From: Clostridia bacterium
GTDB lineage: Bacteria > Bacillota > Clostridia > TANB77 > CAG-508
Assembly (NCBI GenBank): GCA_051891435.1
Contig: JBJFFE010000072.1
Span: 8,084 to 72,083, forward strand
Reading direction: 5' to 3'
DNA: 64,000 nucleotides
Position 1 is the stretch's first letter. The number at the start of each line of letters is the position of its first letter. Positions 9,683-19,740 of the stretch are shown here, piece after piece. A model generated the notes under the pieces. The model had not been told where the DNA came from. It did not search any database and saw only the letters and a list, made by a program, of their open reading frames with translations. The translations under genes and the position numbers were made by a program.

Positions 9683-10156
9683 TTGCAAAATCAAATGTAT
9701 GTTTTTATAGCTTTTATATTAAATGGTTTCTTAATAGGCATAATTTTTGATTGTTTTAGAATTTTAAGAAAAAGTTTTAAAACGCCAGATTTCGTTACAT
9801 ATATAGAAGATATTTTATTTGGAATTATTACTGGATTATTAATATTATATTCTATTTTTAAATTCAATCATGGAGAATTAAGATTTTATTTATTTTTAGG
9901 AATATTTATAGGGCTTCTACTATATCTACTTATATTTAGTAAAGTATTTATAAAAATATGCGTATTTATAATTTCTATCATAAAGAAGATAGTTAATTTT
10001 ATGATAATTATACCTATTAAATTTATATGTAAATTATTTAAAAAGATATTTTTTAAACCAATTGTGTTTATCTGTATTAGTTTTAAAAAGGGTTTAAAGA
10101 AAATAAAATTACCGTCATTTAAAATAAAACATAAAAAGGTAAATACACAAGAATAA
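9683..10156 (+). CDS. yabQ: spore cortex biosynthesis protein YabQ
   Basis: Small multi-TM protein immediately after yabP, with the FDCFRILRK motif typical of YabQ. Start codon uncertain (TTG 9683 or ATG 9695). Confidence 0.75.
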   Translation: MQNQMYVFIAFILNGFLIGIIFDCFRILRKSFKTPDFVTYIEDILFGIITGLLILYSIFKFNHGELRFYLFLGIFIGLLLYLLIFSKVFIKICVFIISIIKKIVNFMIIIPIKFICKLFKKIFFKPIVFICISFKKGLKKIKLPSFKIKHKKVNTQE

Positions 10157-10201
10157 CATAGAATTTATGAAAATGATTGTAGTTATACCAATTGTTGATA
10201 T

Positions 10202-10234
10202 CTTGTAAGGACGTATTATTGCGTCTTCTACAAG
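10202..10234 (+). terminator. hairpin after yabQ
   Basis: CTTGTA..GACG / CGTC..TACAAG imperfect stem followed by TTTAATT. Confidence 0.4.
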
Positions 10235-10351
10235 TTTAATTAAAACATACAATTTTCCCCTAAATTCTTACAAAAATATTAAAAAATAAAAAGGATTTAG
10301 GGTAATTTTGTTGAATTATATATTAGAGATTTTATTTTCGGAGAGAAACAA

Positions 10352-10636
10352 ATGAAAAAGAAAACTAACAAAATAAACTTAATAAAAAAAATATGTTTTA
10401 TTGGAATTACAATATATGTAATGTGTATATTTTTAAATCAACAAAAAACATTAAATTCTTATAAAGCATCACAAGAATATTATCAAGAAGAAATAGAAAC
10501 AAAACTAGCATACCAAGAAACATTAAAAGAAACAAAAAGTAATATTAATTCAGAAGAATACATAGAAGAAGTAGCACGAGAAAAATTAGATATGTATTTA
10601 CCAAACGAAAAAGTATATATAGATAAAAATAAATAA
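10352..10636 (+). CDS. divIC: septum formation initiator (DivIC/FtsB family)
   Basis: 94 aa with an N-terminal TM helix then a coiled coil. Conserved position after yabPQ. Confidence 0.75.
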   Translation: MKKKTNKINLIKKICFIGITIYVMCIFLNQQKTLNSYKASQEYYQEEIETKLAYQETLKETKSNINSEEYIEEVAREKLDMYLPNEKVYIDKNK

Positions 10637-10743
10637 TAATAGGGTAGGTGACAAGCCTACCTTATATGTAGTATTAAATCTAAAATTTTAAATTCTTTGA
10701 AATTTCCATGAACATAAAAATTATATATAGGGGGCAAATATTT

Positions 10744-12057
10744 ATGAATTATGAGGAGCTGTCTTTACAAGAATTAAAAGATTTAGCAAAAGAGAAAGGA
10801 TTGAAAAATATTTCTAAGTTAAAAAAGGAAGACTTAATTAATTTTTTAAATGAAGTGGAGGAAGAGCAAAAACCAGAAGAAAAAACTCCATTTGTTGAAA
10901 CAGTTACAGAAGAAGGGTATAAGCTTACAAGCGAGGGAGACGAAGTAGTGGAAGGTATTTTGGAAGTTTTACCTGATGGCTACGGATTTTTAAGAGGAGA
11001 TAATTACCTTCCTACACCAAAAGACGTATATGTATCACCTGTTCAAATAAAAAGATTTAGATTAGATACTGGTGACAAAGTAAAAGGAATAAAAAGGACT
11101 CCAAAAGAAGGAGAAAAGTTCCCAGCATTAATTTTTGTTGGAGCTGTAAATGGACAACATCCAGAAAATGCAATGAAAAGAACTAAATTTGATGATTTAA
11201 TTCCAATATATCCAGATAAAAGATTGAAATTAGAAACCAACCCAGAAGAATATACTATGAGATTAATGGATTTATTATCACCTATTGGAAAAGGTCAAAG
11301 AGGTATGATTGTCGCTCCTCCAAAAGCAGGAAAAACCACCATCTTAAAGAAAATAGCAAATAGTATTACAGCAAATAATCCAGAAGTAGAACTTATTGTT
11401 CTTCTTATAGATGAAAGACCTGAAGAGGTAACAGATATGAGACGTTCAATAAAAGGAGATGTTATTTATTCAACTTTTGATGAATTACCAGAACATCATG
11501 TAAAAGTTGCTGAAATGGTTCTAGAAAGAGCGAAAAGACTAACTGAGCAAAAAAAGGATGTTGTAATTTTATTAGATAGCATAACAAGACTTGCAAGAGC
11601 ATATAACTTAGTTATTCCTTCATCTGGAAGGACTTTATCTGGTGGTTTAGATCCTAGTGCTTTACATAAACCAAAAAGATTTTTTGGTGCAGCTAGAAAT
11701 ACAGAAAATGCTGGAAGTTTGACAATACTTGCTACTGCATTAGTAGAAACAGGAAGTAGGATGGATGACGTAATTTTCGAAGAATTTAAGGGTACAGGTA
11801 ATATGGAGGTACACTTAGATAGAAAATTATCTGAAAAACGTATATTCCCAGCAATAGACATTAATAAATCTGGAACAAGAAAAGAAGAATTATTATTAAA
11901 TCCTGAGGAATTAGATATAGTATTTAATTTAAGGAAAACTATGGCAAATATGTCTGCACAAGAAATGACAGAACAATTAATAGAACAAATAGTAACAACA
12001 AAATCAAATGAAGAATTTTTACAAAGAATGAAAATCTTTTTTAAGAATAATAAATAA
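10744..12057 (+). CDS. rho: transcription termination factor Rho
   Basis: Rho N-terminal (SLQELKDLAKEKGL), CSD-like (GILEVLPDGYGFLR) and RecA-type ATPase (GQRGMIVAPPKAGKT) regions. ATG 10744 is preferred (AGGGGG 8 nt upstream) over ORF-track 10708. Confidence 0.95.
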   Translation: MNYEELSLQELKDLAKEKGLKNISKLKKEDLINFLNEVEEEQKPEEKTPFVETVTEEGYKLTSEGDEVVEGILEVLPDGYGFLRGDNYLPTPKDVYVSPVQIKRFRLDTGDKVKGIKRTPKEGEKFPALIFVGAVNGQHPENAMKRTKFDDLIPIYPDKRLKLETNPEEYTMRLMDLLSPIGKGQRGMIVAPPKAGKTTILKKIANSITANNPEVELIVLLIDERPEEVTDMRRSIKGDVIYSTFDELPEHHVKVAEMVLERAKRLTEQKKDVVILLDSITRLARAYNLVIPSSGRTLSGGLDPSALHKPKRFFGAARNTENAGSLTILATALVETGSRMDDVIFEEFKGTGNMEVHLDRKLSEKRIFPAIDINKSGTRKEELLLNPEELDIVFNLRKTMANMSAQEMTEQLIEQIVTTKSNEEFLQRMKIFFKNNK

Positions 12058-12428
12058 TTTAGTAGGGAACGATGAGAGCGTCGTTCCTCAAAAGAGCGGA
12101 ACAACATTGCGCAAAATCAAAGTTTTGTGCAATTTGATATAGGGGTTAAATATAAAATGGTCAAAAACCTCTACTTTTACATATCCAATGCTTTCAACCA
12201 CTTTATACATACTAATATATAATTTTATTACATTACTTATATAATTTATTATTACTATTATAATATCTTATATTACTTATTATATAAACATTTATATGGC
12301 TTTCTAAAATCTATTTCTAGCCATTTTTTTATTTTGTCTTTATAATTTTATATCTAATTATATTTTTAATCTAAATATAAAATTTTGTTCTTATAATTAT
12401 ATTATAAATTTTCAAAAATTCTAAAAAT

Positions 12429-12516
12429 GCCTATTTCTCCGTATTTGCCATATTTTACTGACAACAAACTATATGCCCTTAAAATAAAAACGGCTTAAAA
12501 TCGATTCTCGTGCGTC
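12429..12516 (+). repeat. ~85-bp direct repeat, copy 1 (left flank of the hydrolase/Fic islet)
   Basis: GCCTATTTC..ACAACAAACT..CTTAAAATCGATTCTCGTGCGTC aligns with 15098-15176. Contains the 12-bp palindrome AAAATCGATTTT (degenerate in this copy). Confidence 0.7.
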
Positions 12517-12664
12517 GTTTTTTTAGCACTTTTTTAGGTATTTTTAATAAACTACAAAATTACTTATATTTAAGTCCTTTTGCAGATTTTTATATTATAT
12601 TTAATATCATTTGTATAATTGTATTATTTTATAATATAAATTTTATATTTGATTTGTAAAATTG

Positions 12665-12685
12665 TTTTAAAATCGATTTTGGTGC
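12665..12685 (+). repeat. short third copy of the TTAAAATCGATTTTGGTGC motif
   Basis: TTTTAAAATCGATTTTGGTGC followed by TTTATAAAAT. Confidence 0.6.
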
Positions 12686-13151
12686 TTTATAAAATATAAA
12701 TATATATTAAGTTTTATACAATTTTATTAATAATAAATTTCTACTCAAATTTTGTTATGAGTTTTAATATAATTAATATTTTTTGAGTTTAATTCTAATT
12801 ATAAAATCATAAATTCTTAAAAATAAATTTTTTAAATTTCTATATAACAAATGTTCGATTTTTAATAATTCTTATAAAGTTAAAACTTTGCACAAAATTC
12901 AAATATAATTTTTTGATTTATAATTATTTAAAAAAATTTTAAAATTATTAATTTAATTTTAGAAATTTTATACTTATCATTTTTTGCAATTTATTATTTT
13001 AAAAAATTTAATTTAACTTTTTATTTATGAATTTTTATTATATTTTATTTTTAATAAATTTGTTAGAATTTTGTATTATTCAAAATATGCTTATTCCCCT
13101 ATTCCCTATTGATTGTTTCTATATATTTCGGAACACATCTTATAGAATAAA

Positions 13152-13180
13152 AGTAGATAATTAATAACTAATTATCTACT
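13152..13180 (-). terminator. AT-rich perfect hairpin downstream of the hydrolase gene
   Basis: AGTAGATAATTA-ataac-TAATTATCTACT. On the minus strand it is followed by a T-rich run. Confidence 0.55.
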
Positions 13181-13194
13181 ATATAACTTGTAAT

Positions 13195-13869
13195 TTATCT
13201 TTCTAAAAATTCTTTTAATTTATCATACCACTTACAATTAATCATATAGCTAAAATGTCCTTCTTTTTCTAGGATTAGCAATTCTGAATTTTTAATATTA
13301 TTTGAAATATATTTTGCTTCATTTGTAGGTACTATATCTTTTTTTCCACCATTTACAATCAAAGTTGGTACAACTATTTTTTCAAAATCTGTTTTGTCTA
13401 ATGTTTTCATAGTATTATTTAAATTTTCAAACATTTCATTTTCTTTCTTGCCTGGATAATATGGGATTTTCTCCATTATTTTAGCATATGTAGGTTTATG
13501 AATAATTCCATTTCTTGCTACACCACTACAGCAAATTAATTTTGAAATACTATTTGGATATTGAATTGCAACATTTAATGCAACCGTTGCTCCTCCACTA
13601 GATCCTAGTAGATATGGTTTATCAATATTTAATTTATTTATAAATTCAAATACATCTTTTGCACTTTCCTCATAACTCAAAATACAATTTTTTTCACTTT
13701 TGCCACAACATCTCCTATCAAATAAATAAACTTGAAAGTCTTGTGATAACTTATTTGCAATGAATTTCATTGCATTTGTATTTGTACTATTCGGATTTAA
13801 CAATATTATTGGTTTACCATTACCAATAATTTCATAATGTATATTTATATTATTTACTATAATCTCCAT
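13195..13869 (-). CDS. alpha/beta hydrolase
   Basis: 224 aa with nucleophile elbow LLGSSGGA and the typical N-terminal beta-strand/oxyanion region (KPIILLNPNS). Confidence 0.8.
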   Translation of the reverse strand: MEIIVNNINIHYEIIGNGKPIILLNPNSTNTNAMKFIANKLSQDFQVYLFDRRCCGKSEKNCILSYEESAKDVFEFINKLNIDKPYLLGSSGGATVALNVAIQYPNSISKLICCSGVARNGIIHKPTYAKIMEKIPYYPGKKENEMFENLNNTMKTLDKTDFEKIVVPTLIVNGGKKDIVPTNEAKYISNNIKNSELLILEKEGHFSYMINCKWYDKLKEFLER

Positions 13870-13949
13870 TAAAAAATCTCCCCTATAACTTACTATTTTT
13901 CACTTAGTTTATTTTTTTATAAAATCAATATTCTATTACTAACATTGCT

Positions 13950-14903
13950 TTAATCGTTATTTAAAAAATTCATTACTAAATCAATTATAACATCTTTCTC
14001 TTTCGGATTTGATTCAGCAATTAATAAAGTTAATGCAGTTAACGTATTGTTATCAATTATTTGCTGATTATTTTTATATAATATTCCATAATAATTTAAG
14101 AAATATATGAACAATGTTGCAGCAATTCTTTTATTTCCATCTATAAATACATGATTTTTAACTATTAAGTACAAAAAGTTTGCAGCTTTTTCTTCAATAC
14201 TATTGTATATGTCTTGATTATCAAAACTTTGATAAATATCATTAATTATAGATTCTAGTCCTTTATCTCTTTCTATTCCAAATATTTCACTTTTTTCATT
14301 AAATTTTAATTTATGTATAATATCTAAACAATCTTGATATTGAATAATTCTATCGTCTGTAGTTCCTTTAATCTTTTTTAAAGTCCTGTGGTCATAATCA
14401 TCTAATAAATCTAATGCTTTTGAATAGCTTCCTATTACTTTTAGAATCTCTTTTGCATCATTTCCTTCTAACCTTTCATCTATTCTATTTGCTATATCAA
14501 TTAATTTAATTGTTTTTTCTAAATACTCTAATCTTCTTTGATTTACAGCATAACCTTTTAACATATAATCTTTTAATATTTTGTTTGCCCATTTTCTGAA
14601 AGCAATACCTTGTTTACTATTTACTCTATATCCAACAGAAATAACCATATCTAAATTGTAATATTGAACTTTATACTTTTTTCCATCTTCCGCAGTATGC
14701 TCAAAAAATGAGCATACTGAATTTTCATCTAATTCATTATCTTTAAAGATATTTTGAATATGTCTTGTAATTGTTCTTCTATCTTTACTAAACAACTCAG
14801 CCATCTGTTTTTGCGTTAACCATACAGTTTCATCTTTTAAATTTACTTCTAATTTAACATCTTGATTTTCAAATAAAACAATTTCATTTTTATTATCTTT
14901 CAT
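13950..14903 (-). CDS. RhuM-family N-terminal domain fused to a Fic/DOC (death-on-curing-type) domain
   Basis: N-terminus VWLTQKQMAELFSKDRRTITRHIQNIF...YYNLDMVISVGYRVNSKQGIAFRKWA (RhuM-like). C-terminus HVFIDGNKRIAATLF (Fic/Doc HxFxDGNKR motif). Confidence 0.8.
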   Translation of the reverse strand: MKDNKNEIVLFENQDVKLEVNLKDETVWLTQKQMAELFSKDRRTITRHIQNIFKDNELDENSVCSFFEHTAEDGKKYKVQYYNLDMVISVGYRVNSKQGIAFRKWANKILKDYMLKGYAVNQRRLEYLEKTIKLIDIANRIDERLEGNDAKEILKVIGSYSKALDLLDDYDHRTLKKIKGTTDDRIIQYQDCLDIIHKLKFNEKSEIFGIERDKGLESIINDIYQSFDNQDIYNSIEEKAANFLYLIVKNHVFIDGNKRIAATLFIYFLNYYGILYKNNQQIIDNNTLTALTLLIAESNPKEKDVIIDLVMNFLNND

Positions 14904-15097
14904 TTTATTATCACACCCTTTTGCAAATTTTATATTATTTTATCATAAAATTATAGAAAATAAAGTTTATTTTTAAAAATTTAAATCTTTTTAAAAGGTG
15001 TCTATTATGAAACTTTTGTTCAAAAAGGAATAGGAGTAAAATATAAAACCTTACAAAATGGTCCCCCCTTCAAAATCTCGCTATTCCTTGCCATTAC

Positions 15098-15182
15098 GCC
15101 TATTTCAGCTTATTATTCCAACAACAAACTTGTTAGATAAAATATTAAAATGTCTTAAAATCGATTTTGGTGCGTCTATAAT
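15098..15182 (+). repeat. ~85-bp direct repeat, copy 2 (right flank of the islet), ending in a TATAAT
   Basis: GCCTATTTC..ACAACAAACT..CTTAAAATCGATTTTGGTGCGTC followed immediately by TATAAT (15177-15182). Confidence 0.7.
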
Positions 15183-15293
15183 ATGAAATTATATTATAAA
15201 TTAGTAATCTAAATTTATATAATTATTATACAATGATTTTATAAATGTAAACAATTTGAAAATTTGAGTCTATATGTTTTCTTATAAAAATAA

Positions 15294-15327
15294 AAACTAT
15301 ATTACCAAATTTGTAGTAATATAGTTT
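15294..15327. terminator. bidirectional hairpin terminator (3' of the histidine-kinase gene)
   Basis: AAACTATATTA / TAATATAGTTT 11-bp stem with T-runs on both sides. Confidence 0.6.
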
Positions 15328-15346
15328 ATTTATTTTAATTATAATT

Positions 15347-17965
15347 TTATTCTTTATATCTTTCATTAATATTTTTAATTTTTTCTCTTACATTCATAAA
15401 AACATTGACTACTTTAGGATCAAAGGCTTTTTCGCTTTGTGAAATGATATATTCTTCTGCCTCTTCATATGGCATAGCCTTTTTATATATTCTTTCATTA
15501 ACCAAAGCATCATATACATCAATTATTGACATTATTCTAGATAGAATATTTATTTCATCTCCTTTTAATCCATCTGGATATCCTGTTCCATCATATTTTT
15601 CATGATGATGTAATGTTATTTCTTTTGCATATTCTAAAACATCATCCGATAGCTTATCACTACTTGTATTCTCTAGTATTTGGCGTCCTATTATAACATG
15701 CTCTTTAATTTTATTATACTCTTCTTCTGTAAGTTTACCTGGCTTATTTAAAATATCATCCGATATACCTACTTTTCCTATATCATGTAATGTTGCTGCT
15801 ACACCTATATCTTCTATTTTTTTCTGATTTTCAAATTCTCCTGTTTGGAAAGTTCTTTCATATTCTTGTAACATTATTTTTATATATTCTTTTGTTCTCA
15901 TTAGGTGAGCACCAGTTTCTTTGCTTCTTACAGATGTAAGATTAACTAGACTATCATATAAAAATTTGTATACTTCTGAAATTTCTTCATTATATCCTTC
16001 TATTGTACTATCAATATTATACTCTTTGGTTTTTTTATTAATCATTTCTAATAATATATAACTTATATTATTAATATCATCTATTTTCTTTATATATCCA
16101 TCCATATTAGTAATTGTTATATTCTCTTGTTTATTATTAATAATATCATATTTTAAAATTAGTTGTAAAACTTCTTTAGTATTAATTAAATATCCTTCAT
16201 ATGTATTATTATCACTTTGGTCTATTATAACAGCTGTAACTTTTTTTGTTTGTAGTATAATGTCTATATCTTTAGGATTTACAGTACATATTACATTAAA
16301 ATTATTATTTAAGTTTTCAATTATTTCCCAATTTTTTATTTGATCAGCTATTACTAAGATAGTCTCTCTCTTAGTATTTTGCTGAACTACATTAGTTGTA
16401 TTTTTCATAATTTGTTTTATTATATTTTTTAGCTCTTCTGGTTTAACAGGCTTTTGTATATATGAATGTATATAATCTTTATTTTCCTCTATTACATTTT
16501 CTGTTATGTTAGTTGCTGTTAAAGCAACTATAGGTGTTTTAATATGTAAATCTTGTTTCATTATTCTAGAAATATCATAACCATTATATTTAGGCATATG
16601 TATATCCATAAGAATTAAAGAATAATAATTGTTTCCTTTTTCTTCAATCTTTTTTATTGCTTCCATCCCATCATTTGCTACATCGCACTCTATATCTATC
16701 TCTTTTAGTATCTTCGCTGTAATCTCGTTAATAGTCTTGTTATCATCAACTAACAACACCTTATTTGTTTCAGGTAGTACATTATTCTCTTTTATTAAAT
16801 CATTAGATATTTCCAATTTATCTTCTATTATATTTATATTCTTGTTATTCTTTAATAAATTTAATTCAAAGAAAAATTTACTTCCTAATCCATAGCTACT
16901 TTCTACCCAGATTTTTCCTTCCATACTTTCTATTATTTTTTTTACTAGAGGCAATCCTAGTCCAAATCCTTCTTTTTCTTTTATTGTAGGATCTGAATTT
17001 TGTTCAAATTCTTTAAAAATTTTAATAGTATCTTCTTTTTTTATTCCTGCTCCTGTGTCTTTTATACAAAACCTTAAATGATATGAATTTATATCTTCAC
17101 CAATTTTTTTAACCTGTAATTCTATATATCCTTTTTCTGTATATTTTACAGCATTGCTTATTAAATTAATAAATATTTGTTCTAATCTAGTTTTGTCTTC
17201 AAATATTTCTATATTAAGATCCATATCTGATTCTATTGACCATTGAACATTCTTTTCTTCTAATTCTTCTTTAAACATTAAATATACTTTATCTATTAAA
17301 TCTTTTAATACGAATGGTTCTTTTGTGTTTATTGAATTTGTTACTTTAGTACTTCTTGTAACATTTAAAATATTGTTCACTAATTCTGTTAGTAAGTCTG
17401 AAGCTTCTTCTAATCTATTGACATATTCAATTTGTGTTTTATCTAATTTTGTAGATTTTAGGAAATATATCATAGCAACTATAATATTTATTGGAGTTTT
17501 TATTTCATGAGATAAATTTGCTACAAATAATTCCTTATTCCTTAGTTCCTCATTTGATTGATTTAACTTTTCTTTTAAAATATTTTCATTTTTAAAATAT
17601 TTATCTGTGTCTTTAATATATATAATATATTTATTTACAGTTTGAATATAATATATTGCAATATACATAGATGTTCTTTCTTTTTTTCTCATAATTTCTA
17701 TATTATTAGAATAAAACCCCTCTTCTTTAACTATATCCATAATATCATTGTATAATTCTTTATTTTCTTCATAACCTAATAAATCAAATAAATACTCATA
17801 TTTTTTTGACATATCAGGCTTATTGATATAATCTATTTTATAGTTGCTATCTGCTATACATACAATATCTTCTATTTTGTCTATAAATCCTTCTACTACA
17901 TCTTTATTTAGTCCGCTTATAAGTAAATTTTTTTTCCTTTTGAATGGGTTTAAAAAATCAAACAT
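15347..17965 (-). CDS. cytoplasmic hybrid sensor histidine kinase - receiver - degenerate receiver - HD-GYP phosphodiesterase
   Basis: HisKA (FVANLSHEIKTPINII), HATPase_c (DTGAGI...GFGLGL), REC (VLLVDDN...LMDIHMPKYNGYD...ALTA) and C-terminal HD-GYP (AATLHDIGKVGISDDILNKPGKLT...HHHEKYDGTGYPDGLKG). No TM segment. Confidence 0.85.
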   Translation of the reverse strand: MFDFLNPFKRKKNLLISGLNKDVVEGFIDKIEDIVCIADSNYKIDYINKPDMSKKYEYLFDLLGYEENKELYNDIMDIVKEEGFYSNNIEIMRKKERTSMYIAIYYIQTVNKYIIYIKDTDKYFKNENILKEKLNQSNEELRNKELFVANLSHEIKTPINIIVAMIYFLKSTKLDKTQIEYVNRLEEASDLLTELVNNILNVTRSTKVTNSINTKEPFVLKDLIDKVYLMFKEELEEKNVQWSIESDMDLNIEIFEDKTRLEQIFINLISNAVKYTEKGYIELQVKKIGEDINSYHLRFCIKDTGAGIKKEDTIKIFKEFEQNSDPTIKEKEGFGLGLPLVKKIIESMEGKIWVESSYGLGSKFFFELNLLKNNKNINIIEDKLEISNDLIKENNVLPETNKVLLVDDNKTINEITAKILKEIDIECDVANDGMEAIKKIEEKGNNYYSLILMDIHMPKYNGYDISRIMKQDLHIKTPIVALTATNITENVIEENKDYIHSYIQKPVKPEELKNIIKQIMKNTTNVVQQNTKRETILVIADQIKNWEIIENLNNNFNVICTVNPKDIDIILQTKKVTAVIIDQSDNNTYEGYLINTKEVLQLILKYDIINNKQENITITNMDGYIKKIDDINNISYILLEMINKKTKEYNIDSTIEGYNEEISEVYKFLYDSLVNLTSVRSKETGAHLMRTKEYIKIMLQEYERTFQTGEFENQKKIEDIGVAATLHDIGKVGISDDILNKPGKLTEEEYNKIKEHVIIGRQILENTSSDKLSDDVLEYAKEITLHHHEKYDGTGYPDGLKGDEINILSRIMSIIDVYDALVNERIYKKAMPYEEAEEYIISQSEKAFDPKVVNVFMNVREKIKNINERYKE

Positions 17966-18010
17966 ATTTCCTCCTCATTAGTTTTTTATATTATTACTAT
18001 ATAAATTGTA

Positions 18011-18550
18011 TTATCTAAATATTGAATATATAATTTTATTTTCTGCTAATCCTGTTTTTATATTTATTTTTCTATTATGTAAAACAGCTTCTTTAGTCAT
18101 TCCTACATTTTCTAAAATATTGCTTTTGATTTTTGTTATCATCTCACATCCATCATAAAATTCTGAAATAAGAACATCAAATTTTTTTACATTAAGTAAA
18201 TAATCAATTACAACTTTTAAAGCTTCTTCCATATATCCAGAATATACTTTGTTTAAAGCAATTCCAAATTTAAACTTACATACTTTATTTATGTCAGATC
18301 TTTCAAAAGCATTAATAAATCCAATTACTTCAGATTCAGCTTTGTCTTCAATAGCCCATATTAACTCATTCATTTCATATTCTTTTATTAAAGAAGCTAC
18401 CATTACTTCTGTTTCATGCATAGTTTTATGTATATTATATCCCAAGCACTCTGTTAATTTACTTTCTGTTGCTAAATTTTTATGAACATCTTCTACATCT
18501 TCCATTCTAAATTTTCTAATTTTCAAATTTTTTGTTTCAAAATCTCTCAT
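18011..18550 (-). CDS. GNAT family N-acetyltransferase
   Basis: RimJ/RimL-like pattern (LKIRKFRMEDVEDV...). ATG 18550 is preferred (GGAGGAAAAA-ATG) over the ORF-track start 18607. Confidence 0.75.
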   Translation of the reverse strand: MRDFETKNLKIRKFRMEDVEDVHKNLATESKLTECLGYNIHKTMHETEVMVASLIKEYEMNELIWAIEDKAESEVIGFINAFERSDINKVCKFKFGIALNKVYSGYMEEALKVVIDYLLNVKKFDVLISEFYDGCEMITKIKSNILENVGMTKEAVLHNRKINIKTGLAENKIIYSIFR

Positions 18551-18714
18551 TTTTTCCTCCATATAAATTTTAATTATTACATCATATATCAGATTATATG
18601 TTATCACAAAATAAAATAATTATCAATAAAAATTTTTGTATTCAAAAAGGTAGGTTTTTATTAAAAAATCTTGTATAATATATATATCTTGGAATTACTT
18701 ATTTTACAACTTAT

Positions 18715-19695
18715 TTGAAGGGTGTGATTGCTTTGATTAATAGAGATGATAATCCAGAATTTTTAAATGCTTTTTTAGATTATAATATTACTATTTTAAA
18801 TAAATCTCCTAATACTGTAAAGGAATATAATTATGATATTTCAAATTTTTTAAAATTCATTAAATCTGGAAAAAAAAATGATTTTAAAGATATTGATATT
18901 TCTAAAATGACACTTGATGAAATAAAACGTATCAAATTAGAAGATATTCATTCTTATATTGCATACATGGCTACTGACTTAGATAGCAAGCCAACTACTC
19001 GTGCTAGAAAAGTATCTAGTATAAGAGTATTTTTTAATTATTTACTTAAAAATGCTAAGTTGATTGAAAATAATCCGGCACAATATTTAGAAACTCCTAA
19101 ACTTGGTAAGCGCATTCCTAAATATTTAAGTTTAGATGAAAGTAAAAAATTATTAGATATTGCTAAAGATGAAAACAATCGAAATAATAAAAGGGATTTT
19201 GCAATAACTACTTTATTTTTAAATTGTGGCATGCGTTTATCTGAACTGGTAGGAATTAATATTACAGATATTAATTTTAGTGAATGTAAACTTAATGTTA
19301 TTGGTAAAGGAAATAAAGAAAGAACTATTTATTTAAATAAGTCTTGTATAAATGCAATTAAGGATTATTTGGAAGTAAGACCTAAAATTGTCGTAAAATA
19401 TAATTCAAAAGATGCCTTATTTTTAAGTGAACGTAAAGAACGCATTAGTAATAGAACTGTTCAAACAATTATTAGAAAAGAACTTTTAAAAGCTGGATTA
19501 GATATTAATAAATACTCAGTACATAAATTAAGACATACTGCGGCCACATTAATGTATCAATATGGTAATGTTGATATACGAGCTCTTCAAGAATTATTAG
19601 GGCATGAAAGTATATCAACAACTGAAATTTATACCCACGTAGATGACATTCAAGTTAGAAATGCAGTTGAAAGTAATCCATTAGCAAATTTATAA
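18715..19695 (+). CDS. tyrosine recombinase (XerC-like site-specific integrase)
   Basis: C-terminal catalytic signature HKLRHTAATLMYQ...LLGHESISTTEIYTHV. N-terminal SAM-like domain. Start uncertain (TTG 18715 or TTG 18733). Confidence 0.85.
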   Translation: MKGVIALINRDDNPEFLNAFLDYNITILNKSPNTVKEYNYDISNFLKFIKSGKKNDFKDIDISKMTLDEIKRIKLEDIHSYIAYMATDLDSKPTTRARKVSSIRVFFNYLLKNAKLIENNPAQYLETPKLGKRIPKYLSLDESKKLLDIAKDENNRNNKRDFAITTLFLNCGMRLSELVGINITDINFSECKLNVIGKGNKERTIYLNKSCINAIKDYLEVRPKIVVKYNSKDALFLSERKERISNRTVQTIIRKELLKAGLDINKYSVHKLRHTAATLMYQYGNVDIRALQELLGHESISTTEIYTHVDDIQVRNAVESNPLANL

Positions 19696-19701
19696 TTATA
19701 T

Positions 19702-19724
19702 GGGTCGCAGGTCTTCAGCGACCC
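19702..19724. terminator. GC-rich hairpin between convergent genes; same stem as the GC-rich repeat family
   Basis: GGGTCGC-aggtcttca-GCGACCC followed by GTTTTGATTTTTT. Confidence 0.75.
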
Positions 19725-19740
19725 GTTTTGATTTTTTATT

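Noticed and set aside
11496-12107. 203-aa ORF on the minus strand
   Set aside because: Entirely antisense to the well-supported rho gene. It has low-complexity Ser/Phe/Leu-rich composition typical of shadow frames in AT-rich DNA, and no RBS.
12058-13194. AT-rich 1.1-kb non-coding stretch considered as a CRISPR array or replication origin
   Set aside because: No regularly spaced identical repeats and no DnaA-box (TTATCCACA-like) clusters were seen. Only scattered low-complexity A/T repeats and the short shared motif reported in the findings.
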